Notes: generated from the letters alone by a model not told the origin. A DNA stretch of 64,000 bases from Chiloscyllium plagiosum (GCF_004010195.1 NC_057751.1:9121611-9185610), one strand, 5' to 3'. Shown: positions 41,320-54,840, numbered from the stretch's first letter. Program-made: numbers and translations.

Positions 41320-41705
41320 TTTTCATTCTCGGGATGTCGGTGTCGCAAGACCAGTAATTACAGCCCATTCGTAAGTTTCCTTGAAGAGATGAGGGTAGCC
41401 ACATTGTTAAATAAAACAGATTCGCTTGCTAGGGCATTTCAGATGGTAACCACATTGCTGTGAATCTGGAGTCACATAATATGTGAAGCTGCGTAAGATG
41501 AGCAAATTTTATTCCCTAAATCACTGCATCAGGTGGATTTTTTTGTGACAATCCAGTAAGTTTGTAGTCCCATTAATGATCCTCAGTTTCATTCCAGATA
41601 TTATTTAATTGACTGAATTTAAGTTTCCCAGCTGTTATGGTGACTTTTGAGCTGGTGTCTCAAATAATTCGTTCAGGATTCTGGATTGCCAGACGAGTAA
41701 CATGT
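41320..41705 (-). mobile_element. SINE-like repeat (family of 13770-14125)
   Basis: Shared ttcattc..gggatg..gctg..aagaccag.., ccacattgctgtg..tctggagtcaca and ctggatt blocks. Confidence 0.6.
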
Positions 41706-42950
41706 TCATCAGTTCTGGATCCTCACTCTGATCAAATTGCAAGGCATTCTTACTCTTGATTTATCCCTTCAGATAATCAAAGTAAGTGTGAGATTGTTCA
41801 TAAGCTCCCACCGTTTTCCCTTCCCCAGCACTGACCGAACCATAATTCTTCCTCCCTCATTCTACCTTAATTGGACCATTGATGATTCCACATTCCCTCC
41901 AATTCAACTGAAAAGATAGAAATATTTCTTCATTTAAAATTCATTTAATGCAATTGAGTTCAATTTGGAAAATATTTTTCAGGCTTTTAAAGTTAAAACA
42001 AATATGCTTGAGCTTCAGCCTTCTTTCTCTTGTTCCTTCTGAATGATAGTATTTCAATGGTGATCCCCATGATAGAAACTATCAAGCGTGGAATAATGAG
42101 AAAGTCAGACAAGTCACATTAGAGCAAAGATAACAACTCAGGCTGTTTACATGGTGTGTTGGGAGATTAAAGATATGGATCAAATTCCAACAAAAGGATG
42201 AATGCCCTTTGTGTGTTCTTATACTGAAACAGACCACAAACTTCAACAAAAGAAATAAAATTCAACTTGCTCTGGCTCAGAGGGCCTGTTGTATTGAAGT
42301 ACATTGAAGCATTGAATACCTGAGGAGTCATGAGAAAACAAAGTCGATACGAATTTTACAATGTCAAAACCAGAATGAGATAAACACACTGCAGAGAACA
42401 AAAATTGTTGATCTGTCTCAATGTTAAGGCTTGCAAATAAATAACATTATTAATGATCAGCATCTTTGATTCATTCAAATCTCTCGTATGCTGTTCAGTT
42501 CAAATTTTGTCACATCAACCAGGTTTTCCTTTACAGACTTGGCCCGGTTTATATTTTGATACAGGATTGGCAAAATCTCACAAGCAGATACGAGTTTTAT
42601 CGTTTTAATATAAATGGGATACCAGTCAAAATGAGAGACAAAGAAAACATACCTAGCATCTCATTGCACATCAGTGCTAGCATGGCATTGTTAATCTGAA
42701 GTTATCAGAGTAGGATGCACCTCAGCCAGCAAATAAATTTCCAAGGCTCCAATAACAAAATAATTTAGGAGAGATTTTTAAAAGTGGCATAACGGTGCTC
42801 CATGTTCAAGTATATGTAAAATCTAATTCCTGAGAAAGCATTGAGGATACTGGGCTTGTATTTTCTCAGAAACCGGAGACTTTAAATTCTCATCATAATT
42901 TGTTATATTTACAAAATTGAACAGCAAGTTGCAGCAAATAACTCAAGTTA

Positions 42951-43293
42951 GGGTGGCACAGTGGCTCAGTGGTTAGCACTGCTGCCTCACAGCACCAGGG
43001 ACCCAGAATTCATTCCAGCCTTGGGCAATTGTCTGTGTCGAGTTTGCACATTTTCCCCATGTCTGCAGGGGTTTCCTCCCATAGTCCAAAGATGTGCAGG
43101 CCATGCTAAATTGCCCATAGTATCCAGGGATGTGTAAGTTAGATGCATTCGTCAGGAGTAGGGAAGGGTACAGGGTAGGGTAGGGTATAAGGTAGGGAAA
43201 TGGGTCTGGGTGGGTTACTCATTGGAGGGTTGGTGTGGACTTGTTGGGTCAAAGGGCCTGTTGTCAGAGTGTAGGGATTCTAATTCTAATTCT
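42951..43293 (+). mobile_element. Full-length tRNA-derived HE1-like SINE
   Basis: GGGTGGCACAGTGGCTCAGTGGTTAGCACTGCTGCCTCACAGC head (A box), CR1-like 3' end and (ttctaa)n tail. Confidence 0.9.
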
Positions 43294-44107
43294 GAATTCC
43301 ACAAGTAAAAACCATTCAGGGAAGTCAGCAAAAAATATTTTACTTTACTGGTAATAATGTTCAATAGAAAGCCACTGATGTGTGAGGAGATTCAAGAGAA
43401 TAAGACACATTTCTGGAAAAGGAAAAGATTGAGCAAAGTAAAACAAGGCACATGATTGACCTAACAGAAAGGCTTATTGGACCTGTTGGCTTTCTCTTGG
43501 AAGGTGAAGGCTTGAGTTAGGTAGAAAAGGATGAATGGGCCACTTTAACACCTCTTGCTTGCAACTGATAAGGCAATTGAGCAACCAAGAATGAGTGGAA
43601 GAACAAGTTCAAATCGATGCATTAATTTAAAACAAAAAGAAAATAGCAGTTTCATGTGATCAAAGTACCATTCAATGTTGCACTGCACTAATACCCACAT
43701 AGACCAAATACCAAATTTTGACAGCTCTGTGCACTGTATGAGCAGACTGCATTTGGAAATGTGAAGTTCAGCCCAGATCTAATAATTATATTGAAAAGAA
43801 CAAGTTATCAAAGCACTAGATGAGGACACCAGTGGACTAGCCCCTTATAAATATCTTGCCAATGCTTGCTGACTTGCCTCACGGATGGCCCATTTGACGA
43901 AGTACTCCAGTGAGACCCAAGGCCATCAGGACAGGAGGTAAGAACAAAAAGCACAAACAAAAGTTTTCTTTTGAAATATTGTTTAAGTTTATGAAAATTG
44001 GTTTTCTCTGACCTGGCCTTGTTATCTCAGTGTTCTATATTTATCTGGAATGGATGTATAAAATACATGCATGTATTTGTTTATATTTTTCCCTCTGTCT
44101 TTTCTAG

Positions 44108-44139
44108 CCATGACTGGGCTCGTAGTTCCTCCGATGTGA
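44108..44139 (+). CDS. ebf2: EBF2 last coding exon: (A)MTGLVVPPM-stop
   Basis: ctgtcttttctAG acceptor; TGA at 44137-44139. AMTGLVVPPM is the EBF2 C-terminus, and the phase matches the previous exon. Confidence 0.95.
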
Positions 44140-47100
44140 GACTGTTTACTTCTGTCACTATATCACATTCCAGGGAGCAAAGTTCGTCCACTACAAAAAT
44201 ACCATCACCAGAATCCACAGCTGTCAAAAATATTAGCAGGCGTTCCCTTGGAAGCCAGGAACAAAGCTGACTTTCTTCATCGAATGGACTGAGTGAATTC
44301 CCCATAGTGTTGTGGAAAACTCAGTTTCACCTGCATTCAAGGAATCGCCTCAAACTTATGGAAGTGATGGACAAAGTGGTGGGGGGTGAGGGGGAGCAGT
44401 GAGAGAAGAGAGAGAGATCTTAAAAAAATGCTATTTTCTATTTTGGATAACAGTTTACGTGGCAGTTCTTTTCTGTTAGAAAGTAAATCTTTGGATACAA
44501 GAACTGGCTGATTATCTAGATACTTAAATAAATCAGACAGAAGATCTTTTTCTAAAATTCAACTGAATTTAAAATATTAATAAATTGCTCAGTATGTGTG
44601 GTAAGATTAGAAGTTAATAGTTTAAGAAATATTACAGTAATTTAAAGAGACGGTATTCTTTATTGTTAGCTTATCTGGGCTGCAATTCAGAAATTACAAA
44701 ACTCCCAATGTATTGAATGGTTTTAAGCACCTCTGAGAATGAAATGGAACTATGCAGATCACAGGATGGCTCCAGGGTTCGTCCCATTTGTGGACTGATC
44801 AGGGTCAAGATCATACACTGATTCTGTAATTGGCTGAAGCAATTGCTGGGTTAGGGAAATGTGTCAACCAATCCAATCCAAATATTTCCTGCCAGAAAGT
44901 GCATGCATAAGTGTGTTTGTCACACTGTGTAATGTCTGTAGTGCACTGTGTGTGTGTGGTACATGAGTGTTGTGGGGCAATGTGTTTCATATAGGTGAGA
45001 GGTATGTTTGTGGTGTGCATGTGTGAGATCCATGTGTGTGGTACGTGTGTTCCTTGTACAGGTGATGCGCATGTTGAGTGTGTGGTATTTTATATAGTAA
45101 GTGTAGAATTGGCATCATCCTGGCAGACCATAAGGAAATTCTCTTGTAAGAGATAGATGACTGATGGGTGTGGTTAACCTGCAGGTCACTATTCTTCAGG
45201 CGAGGGGTGAGGTTGAGAAGGCAGGACCTTCATGGGAACTTCAGCCAGGAATTGAACCCATACAGTTGGCGTCATTCTGCGTCAGAAACCAACCAACCAG
45301 TCAACTGAGCTATCTGAGTCCCATGTATATGTGCTGTATGGTCTGTGTGTTTTGTGTGTGTGATACATGTGTGAAGAGTTTGGGTAAAGACAAGACTTAG
45401 CTGCCATGTCTTTATTGAGCAGATTGTTGACATTCACTGTCTATGTTTACACATTAATGGCTATTTTAATGAGGTGTTGGAGTTTACTGTATCACAACAA
45501 CATTCTTCAGGAGATACATGACGAAAATAGAAGCAGAAAAATGAGCTGTGCAAATTCTTTCCACCAAAATATTTTTCTTTTTGGATTTATTTAATACCTC
45601 CCTTTTTCTCAAACATACTTATCCCTTTGTTGTTGTGTTCCTCTGGAAACAGTTCAACAATTCTAATTGTGTTGCAGGGAGACTTCATCCATCTGTTTCA
45701 CATAAGATGATGGCACAATGAAATAATGCTTACAATAGTTTTCAAATTATTTCAGTTTCAGTGGGCCGAACAATGAGATTGAGGGTCACCTCTCTCTGTT
45801 GGCCAGCAAGGATCCAAATTAAAATGCTGCAACAGGTATGAATCCACATCTTCAAACTCAGGACAAGCCAAATGAATAGTTATAGAGGTCACAGATGATG
45901 AAGTATGTGAAAGTGAAGTTTAATAGTAAGTTGGATTCGAATTGAGTGTCAGAGTGATGTTGAGAGCTCCAAACAGCAACAGGAAAATAGCTGTAAGCAT
46001 TTGGTGCTCTCATGGTTCAAGATCAAAAAGCATGCTATGTTTACCAGTCCTCACCTTAAACAAACGCAAACTTCCAGGCTGAAGTAGGAAAATTGAAATT
46101 AGGGATAGCAAACTATCAAATTTAAAGATCCAGGCATCTTTTTTGCCTATAAGCAAATTAAGCTCCAATCAAGGGATGGCAAATAAGAACCCATTTACTA
46201 AAAAGCTTTAAATAACAATTAAGAGGTACACAAGTTATATTGTTATGTTCACAAGGACAGCAGTGCAAGTTTAAATTAGGCCAGAAAAGTCTTTACACTT
46301 TCTAATTAGTTCCTTCTTGCTCATTTGCACTTTTCTTATAGAACACAGCAAAGACTATTACCAAATGTATGAGACAATTTCACCAGTGAGCATTCTTCCA
46401 GACTATTCTTACACAGCTAGTTGTTTGTTTCACACGAAGATGTGTGCGAGCAGTGCAAGCTGACAATATGTCAGAAAATTGATCCAACCTGTTCCCCTCT
46501 CTAAAACACAGTACTGAACTACCTCGATGAGGCAACCAATACAAGAAACATTCAATTAAAGTGCAAATATCAGGGAAGGTCAGAGCCTTGGAATTAGGCT
46601 GTAAAACAATAATTTGCCGAAAATCTACTCTGCTGTTTCGTGGAGGTATTAATCCTACTGTTTAATTTCTGGTGATTTGAAACAGTAAAATGAAAGGGAG
46701 CTGTCTCTCAAATCAGAAGTCTACCATTCTCCATAAAATAGGCTGGCCAGCCTCAGCCTGCTGAATAGGTTAACCAAAATGAGTACTGTCACTTTAAACT
46801 GAGAGACTGAGCCTGTAACATATTGTATAAAGGTTAATTGATTTGAACAAAAGTGAGAAAAGTTCCTTGCACTTCAACACTGACTTTATAACTCAAATCC
46901 ATCAAGAAGTTTGATTTTTTTAACTGGCATATTCAAATCATCTGTTTGATTTAATCTCCTCTCACTGAGCGGTGAGGGAGAAAAACATGCCAAGGTTGGA
47001 AATCTAAATGATCAGAACATTGCTGAAAATGCACAGCAACTCAGTCAGCTCTAGAATGGTCTGCTGCATATGGATATACAAAGAACACAGTTTGAAATAT

Positions 47101-48360
47101 CAGCATTTTTTTTAACAAGCTACTATAATCCTCTCAACTCTCCCGCCTCCCCCCCCCCCAACCTCCCAGTTTAACATTTTGTTATTATTCTAATCTATTC
47201 TACACTCTTTCTCCATGCATGGTTAAAATTAAGATTAATGACAATATCTTTTCTCAATCACGTCTTCACAGAACCTCAAATCAAAAGTAACACTACACTT
47301 GTCAGGGTTCCTTTCCTTTTAGTACTAGCCAAATTTAAAACCAGAGACTTGGTGTATCCTGCTCACTGATTCTTTGATGGTCGCCCCGATTATAGTTCTT
47401 GGTTTCTTCAAAAAGCACTGACTAAACTCGCTGTGCATTTCCAGCATTTGTGATTTTTAAAATTTTGCATCTATTCCTAGGCAACACATCCTCAATACGA
47501 ACAACTTTGATGTGTTTTGTATGTGGATTATAAATACTGCCTTGCATTTGTGTTTTTTTTTGCTGGGAGGGGAGGGAAATCTGTAGCTAAATATTAACAT
47601 ATCCATTGTGTTGAAATTTCATAATACAGTATGATGCAAAGGTAAAGTTTCTTCCTCAAGAGTTTGATTTGTAATAATTTTGTTGCACCTTTTGGCCTTT
47701 TTATTTGCATGTTTGATCCATGTAATTTTGGAACATAAAACCCTTGTATCCTTTGATATTTTGTAAGGCGATTCAATATATTTTCGTCTGCTGGCTCCAT
47801 CTTTCAATTCAGCGATGCAGGAGTCTGCTTTGCAAACTAAATTACTTCTTTAAGGACTTCATGTAATTCTTGGGCCTTGATGAGTTAGGTGATCTCTCTC
47901 AGACAGGAGGGCAGGAAGCAGTAAGAACTCCTGTTCAGGGTTGCAACCAAAAACTCAAAATGATCTGTGAATATGATTTGGCTACTGTGCAAGAAGATAA
48001 TGAATGCCCTTGATGAGCGAGTGGTCCCCTGACACATTATCTTACACCTGAATATTGTTCACTTGGATGAGATGTTAGAGAGGAGCCAATGTCCATCAAC
48101 ACTGCAAGAAGGAATCAGTGCCTCCAAGAAAGAAAATAAGGAGGGAAGAACTTGAACAAGAGTGTGACAAAAAATGTTGAACTTCTTCAAAGAAAAAACT
48201 GTTCCAATTTTGTTTTTTTGTTATTATGATGCCTGTCCTGTTGCCCATGTAACCAGCAAAACTTTTAAAACCAGAAAAGCAAATTTTGTTCTTATGTTTG
48301 CAAAACCTTAAATGATCAGAAAAAAATTTTGAATAAAAAATGTCACTTTTTGTGTTCATC
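44140..48360 (+). other. ebf2: Probable long 3' UTR of ebf2 with distal polyadenylation signal
   Basis: Follows the stop codon. U-rich UTR-like blocks at ~47490-47800 and ~48200-48340; AATAAA at 48332-48337 followed by GU/U-rich tgtcactttttgtgttc. The end point is inferred. Confidence 0.5.
44900..45375. repeat. TG-rich low-complexity tract interrupted by a tRNA-derived SINE (45108-45322, - strand)
   Basis: Degenerate (TG)n on both sides; - strand tagctcagttg (A box) and gggttcaattcc (B box). Confidence 0.7.
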
Positions 48361-48429
48361 AAGGTGAGGACATAATGTTTACAAAACACTCTGCACGTCA
48401 TTTACTCTCCAGCAACAAATGAAGTACAT

Positions 48430-48930
48430 TTCTGGGTGTAATACTTCAGGAAGGATTTGAATGCATTAGATAGAATGTGTAACAGGTCAATGAGAAGTGT
48501 ACTGGAATGAGAAACTTCAGTCATGAAGATAGATTGAAGAAGAACGGACTGTTTTCCTTGGAGAGAAGGCTGAGGGTAGATTTGGTCAAAGGTTTAAAAA
48601 TCATGAGAGATCTGGACAGACTAGATCTGGAGAAATAGCTCCCACACAAAAAATGGATCAAGAACTGGTTGCCATAGTTTTTAAGTATTTTGTAAAATGA
48701 GGAGACAGTGGGGTGACAATGAACTTTAACATATGAGTGGTTCGGGTCTGGAATTCCACTGTCTGGAATTATGCAGGACATGGATTCAATTGAGACATTC
48801 AAAACGGCACTAGATTAATTTTTAAATGAAAACAATGTGCAGGTTAAAAGGAAAAGGCAGGGTGTGACTCAAAGTCAAAATGTTCAGAAGGTCAGAACAG
48901 ACACAGTGGGCCAAATGCCTCCTCTTGCAA
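48430..48930 (+). mobile_element. Old CR1 3' fragment
   Basis: ttttccttggag..agaaggctgagggtagatttg (LFSLE.RRLRGDL-like) and a CR1 3' UTR. Confidence 0.75.
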
Positions 48931-49619
48931 CCAACTTACAGATATAGCATCTTTAAAATAGAAAAATATGGCAAATTTGACATTGGACACAAAAGGAAAA
49001 TTACAACAGATGACTAAAAGCTTCGTAAAACAAGTATAATCAGCACCTTAAAAGAGAATGGTGAGAGAGAGAGAGAGAGGTTCAAGAGGATAGTTCCATG
49101 TCTTGGCAGCAAAATGCAATGCAGCCAATGATTAGAATCAGGGATACTCAAAGCGCACAAATGAGTCAATGCATATATCTACAAAGAGTTTTGGGTTACA
49201 GGATACTCGAGGATAGATGCCGCATTGGGAAGTTGTTGTTAAAAGCAATGATTTCTTTATGCTGCTTGAACAATAGAACATATACTCAGCACCACAGAGC
49301 AATGCCTGTTACACAGCATCAGCTGAGTGAAATTAGTGTCATTTCAATTCAGTCAGGACTGGACGAAGATTGCCCCAGTTTTGCGTCATATTTGAGAAAA
49401 GGACCTTGGTCTAGACATTAATTCCAAGCAGAGGGGAGAGGGCAAGTGGCAATGGGTGGTAAATTGGACCAGTCCAAAACTGGCAATGTACGGAGTGAAA
49501 ATAAATGTATTCAAAGCTGCAACAATACCCCTTCAGTGATGGAAATAGTCAGCCCAGTGTTTAAAGGTGAAAGCAATTTTCCAGATATAGGGCCGGCAAC
49601 AGAGTTTATTTTTAAGTTA

Positions 49620-49952
49620 CAGTCATGGAATCCCTCCAGTGTGCAAACAGTCCATTTGGCCAACAAGTCCACACTGACCCTCTGAAGAGTAACCCACCCA
49701 GACCCATTCCCCTACCCTATTACTCTACATTTACCCCTGACTAATGCACCTCACCTACACATCCCTGAACACTATGGGCAATTTAGCATGGCCAATTCAA
49801 CTAACCTGCACATCTTTGGATTATGGGAGGAAGCCAGAGCACCCAGAGGAAACCCACACAGACATGGGGAGAATGTGCAAACTCCAAACAGACAGTCTCT
49901 TGAAGCTGGAATCGAACCCAGGTCCTTGGCGCTGCGAGCCACTGTGCCACCC
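49620..49952 (-). mobile_element. HE1-like tRNA-derived SINE
   Basis: Reverse complement of the family at 42951-43293; ends in actgtgccaccc. Confidence 0.9.
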
Positions 49953-50249
49953 ACAGAAAGAATGGGAAACAATGTGAACAGAGAATAATGCTCAGGGTGA
50001 TATTTGCAGTCAGTGAATGGAAGATGGCAAAGTTTAATCAATCACGTGATTTGTCCATCAATCACTTATTATCCAATTTCAACATGTTACTGCAAATCGA
50101 ATTTCCTGTTTTCCCACTTAAATTATGTTTGTTTGTGGGGGAGTCAGAATGAGGGGAATAGAAGGCATACCTCCTGCCAGAATCACCTTAAGTTTGCTGA
50201 TTCCTAAATTGGGAATTATTTTATGCCATATAGCCTGGACTACCTATGA

Positions 50250-53200
50250 TTATTCCTGATTACATTTGACTATTTCTGACTACCTTTGACAGTGTGATAA
50301 CATTTTACACACCCCATATCACCAGCACTTGAATACATTCGTGAAAGACCTTCAGGAGTGTCTACATCAATCTTTATGAGCACATCTTTGTGAAGCACGA
50401 GTGGTGAAGAAGGAGGATGAGGAAGAACAAAGACAGCTGAGAGAACAAAGTGAGGAACTATATAAAGATCATGCCTCTGATTGTACACAACTCATCCAGG
50501 TAAATCCTTTGCAGCTCTTAGTGAGTGGAATATATGAGAACATTTCATGATCAAAGAGGCATTTGGAGAAAACCACGAGTTTCTGAATGAAAACCAGTTC
50601 TAAATGGAAAAGTAAAAAGAAAACCAACATCCAGTTGTTTCAGGGAGCTACAGGGGGTTCTCAGAAATGGCAGAGTAACCAAGAATCAGCAAGACTTTTA
50701 TGGGTTGTCAAGTTCTTCAAAGTTGAGGCTGAAATCAGTGACATGTGTTGTTTTGGAAGCTCCAACAGTTAACTCCCTCAAGAGAAAACACTTCTAATCC
50801 CTGAGACCACAACATTATGTGTTAGAACAGGCAAATGATCCTACACAATTAAGATGGAAGCTGTTATGAAGCATTTATTCTTCAAATTTCATTCAACCAT
50901 GAGATTTTTAAGGTAGATGGACTTATCACTGCATGGCAGTGGATGACACGGAACAATATTCTCCTCTCAGAATTGTCAATCAGGAGGAATATTACAATAG
51001 GTACATGTCTCACCCTGAGTAGATATTGAATACCATCAAGGTCCAATTTGCTGCTTGACAGCTTTGCAGGAACTCTCAAACATCCTGAAACTTGCATGCC
51101 CCATTGCTTTAGCTTGCTTGATCTGCCGTACAAAATCTAAAACAACATGTCTGGATCCCTAGGGAAGTCACCTGACTGCCATGGTGACATAAGAATGAAA
51201 TGGATAGAATTATCAGGGCTTTGTGAATGAATGCACCAAAGAGCCATTACATCACAGCAGATCAATAAAGCATTCTCATTGTTTTAGCAACGTCTACATA
51301 GATCACCCATCCCTACTGCCTTCTCCAACAGCTTCAAGGAAGGACTAATTCTTCAATCTAGGGCCTTGTGAGGTTACAACACATCAGATCACTTGGTCTC
51401 TTCCATAGCTATGCCAATAATAACTGCATGGTCTAATATGTCAGAATCAAATAACTGTCCCCTTTTCGGTGCCATTGGAGTCCATAAAAATACAATCTCA
51501 ACATGAGTATGCTTACTTCTTTAACAGAACAAACTCCAAAATGAACAGTTACAGGCAAGAATGGGATTAATAAATAACATTATAATACAAGTTGACACAT
51601 TGGAGTGAATGGTTTTCTGTATTCAACACAATGTGATGATTCCACTTGGTAGAGTCAATATGATTGTCCACAAGATGAACTAAATATAAGTTTTCTTTAA
51701 AACTTTGGCAAATTTTGAATAACCAAAGTCCTGATTTTATAATCATCGACAGGAATCAGAAGCAAAGACCAATCCAACATTGCTTTCTTGCTTCTGTCTC
51801 CAGCTTCCATTAAGCACGTTTTTGCAGCTCACAGGGCCTTAAAAGGTCTGATGCCTGAAGGAGCACAGCCAAACTGGAAATGGATTTGTGCTTATTCTGG
51901 AAAAAAATGAAGAAAAGGCTCACCTCTGCTACTCTCTTTTCCAATTATCATGGAGTTCTCTTGAATTATTAGTATAGGATATTGAGATTGCTGTTGTTTG
52001 CAACTTGAAGTTTAAGGACTGACTTGCACAATTTCTCTCCCCTTGTGTTCCAAAATGCAAATCTCTGCTGCCAAAGATGGCAATGCATATGGAATTGCTA
52101 TGAAACGGTCAAATCATTATAGATTCCAGGAAGGCTTTATCTTACTGCCTCTGAACCTCACTGCAAATGAGCTGAGGGTCAAACTTATCTCTGGTCTCTG
52201 TTTTTCCCTGAATGCATCTTAGCTGTTAAATGCAGCAGCAGAAGGTGCCAGCAGATTGCTGGAATTGAGCACAGTTGCTTTATACATTTGTGAATTAATG
52301 TGCCTCTCTCAGAAGTCCCATCTGGTCACTCTTCATATATGAGGGTGCATTCCTAATGTTGTAACATCCTGATAGAAATGCGAAGTGGAAGGGAATCTGT
52401 CTCCAAAGAACCTTGTCACACTTGCAGGAACCCATTCAAAGATGCTCGGCACACATGAACAGGGAGGGAACCAAGCATTCAACACAAGCCATCGGTCACT
52501 TGTGACGAACACAGAAGCTGGTAGCACTTCACATTCATGTGAGGTTGCCAAGCTAATCCCATATTTGCCATAAACAAACATACTGCTGATTTTTAAACTT
52601 CTGAGCCATTAAGTTAGTTTTTAAGACCTCTATGAGTTCATTTTCTGAATCTTTGCTGGATCTGAGTGTCCCTTGCAATATTGGCTTCTTAGTCAAACCT
52701 TGTGAGACACAGCATGACTGACCATTGTGCATGGCATTGAAGACAGCATACACAGACATATGGCAAATTTTAGCACCAATTAGACATTCACACAGTTTCA
52801 GACCTCCATATTGATCAATCTCTTTCACCTGTCTGAACGTTCTGAGAGTCACATTGTTGCTGTTGATGATCCCATATATTGCAGGCTTGTCAATTGTAAA
52901 GCAGCTGATTGTGAGTTGCTGTAGAGGTCTGACGCTGAGCCCTGAAATGAGATGAAGAAATTCAAGACCACAGGGACCTTAGCTGATACTGGCAGAGCTT
53001 GACTATGAATGAAGCCAAGTTCAACTCCTTATTGACAAGAGTCTCATTTGTCTGTGACTGCACCTCTGTAGAAGTGAAGTGTGCTTTGACACTGTCTGTC
53101 AAGCAAACTTCATCTATTTTGGTATATTCTGTGCTTTGGTTAGTCAATCTGACTCTGTTCTTTCCCAGGGATCCTTCCATGTTGTGCATGATGCCACTGT

Positions 53201-54840
53201 TATGCCTCAATAGTTTCTATGTGCCAATCTTACTTCAGCTGCGAAGACTTCCCTCCCCTGCGAACATGACTCTGTTACTATTCATGCCTCCAACCATTGC
53301 TTGTCATTGTTCTGAGGTCACAATTTCTTCCCCCTTTCTGGAAACTGCAGCATCTAAAGTTGAGCCTTTTCACATGGCCAAATAATGGAATTGATGCCTT
53401 AACTGGCAGGGTCTCATGTTCCACCTGTCCCCTTTTTCTCTCTGTAAAAACGGCGGATAGGTGAAAACTAAGGCAGGCTTTGTAGTTATGCCTCTCAGAG
53501 ACCATTTATTTTCTATTCTGAGTTCATCCATCATGTTCCTGGATGGAAAAACACAGTCCCAAATCTTTCATTTCTAGCTCAGGCCTTGAATGCTTGCATG
53601 GATCTTCGCAAAAAAAAATTATAAATCGAACCTCTGCCTGTACTCTGACCTTCAAGCTCCACAGATGTATTGGTTTCGTTAACTTACATGACTTGTTAGG
53701 AAATCAAGGACCCAAAGATGTTTGCCAGAAGTTGGCATGCCTTTACCTTTTGATCATTTTTAAATCTCCTCTACTATTTGTAAGTCAACCTCACAACAGG
53801 GTAAAGAAAAGCTTTGAAAACATTCTTTGGCTTTGGAGCAATTGCTTTGAATTCACCCAAGTCCATGCTGTCTCCTTAGAACACAGCAGAACAGAGGGAT
53901 GCTTCAGAATACTAGCTCTGGTAATTGAGGAGCATACCGAACAAGAAGCCGACATTCCATCCCCTTGATCGTAAATCTGTGAATCTTGTTGACTCTTAAG
54001 GTAATGGAGCCCAAACTACTCAGTTGAAGAGTCAGCCTTGAGCTGTTGACAAAATCCAGCTGCTTCTGTCACTGCGATCCAGGTCGCCAATCAGGCAAAT
54101 AATTCTCATACCTTGGAATTCCTCATTATCTCTCTTCATAGAAGCCATTAAAAGAGCAGCTGGAAAGGTTATTTTGCATTGTCGGTGGGACTGATATGGT
54201 TGCTCCAAGTTATAACTTTGAAAAGCACAGATACAAGGTAATACGACACTATTCAGCTGTACAAGGCCAAACATCAGAGATTACCACAACACTAATGAGG
54301 ATTGAAGACAGTTTTATTTACTATATATAAAATTCCGACAGCTGTCCAGAGTCAATCATTTGGGTCTTCATCTGATGATTCTGTGTTCTTTCTGGACTTT
54401 AGTCTTTACCTTCTCTGATTGTTCCTGAGTGTATTTCTCCATGACAATTCCAGATATTATTGAAATGTGAAAATTCAGAGGAATGACAAAAAGATCAAAT
54501 GTACTACAAAGATCATCAGTAGTAATTTGGCTTCATCTGTGACTCTCAGCAAATTTGCTGTTCCTTGTGTCGGAAAGTTTGCTGATGTATTAATCCAGGC
54601 CCGAGGACTGTGCCATGCCACATTCTTGACAGTAATGGTCTTTGGCTTTGTTCCCTACAGATATCTTGGTGTCTAATACTGCTATAGAAACTTTTATAAC
54701 ACACTATAGTAATGTGCCTGAAGTTACAGGTATGACACTTGATTACCTCGGTGGGATGCTTTCCTGCAACTTATTTTGATTTGTCCAGCCTTGGATGAAA
54801 AACATGGTAAGTAGGAGATCCCTTCACTTTGAATCACTAA
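50250..54840 (-). other. Endogenous viral element: degraded Mononegavirales-like L protein, C-terminal two thirds (RdRp, PRNTase capping, MTase)
   Basis: Manual - strand translation gives L-like motifs in the expected order: RGNQV (54750-54736, cf. GDNQ); FIYSK (54331-54317); LTLQLSSLG..RFTIKG (54035-53961); DELRIENKWSLRGITTKP (53528-53475); TSLLQRCSHRQMR (53080-53042, cf. HR motif); NFFISFQ (52962-52942); K at 51394 with GEGSR (51326-51312, cf. GxGxG). Many stops and frameshifts; the ends are approximate. Confidence 0.72.

Noticed and set aside
42951..43030. tRNA-like sequence
   Set aside because: It is the head of a SINE, with no complete cloverleaf.
51156..51165. Perfect EBF-type palindrome TCCCTAGGGA (possible autoregulation)
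   Set aside because: An 8-base-specified motif is expected roughly once per 64 kb by chance, and it lies inside the EVE.
52999..53968. + strand ORFs of 128 and 141 aa
   Set aside because: Antisense shadows of the degraded viral reading frame, with no protein signature of their own.
54364..54385. SSDDS on the + strand, resembling the segmented-virus SDD motif
   Set aside because: Opposite strand to all the other L motifs in this segment and followed shortly by a stop; treated as coincidence.
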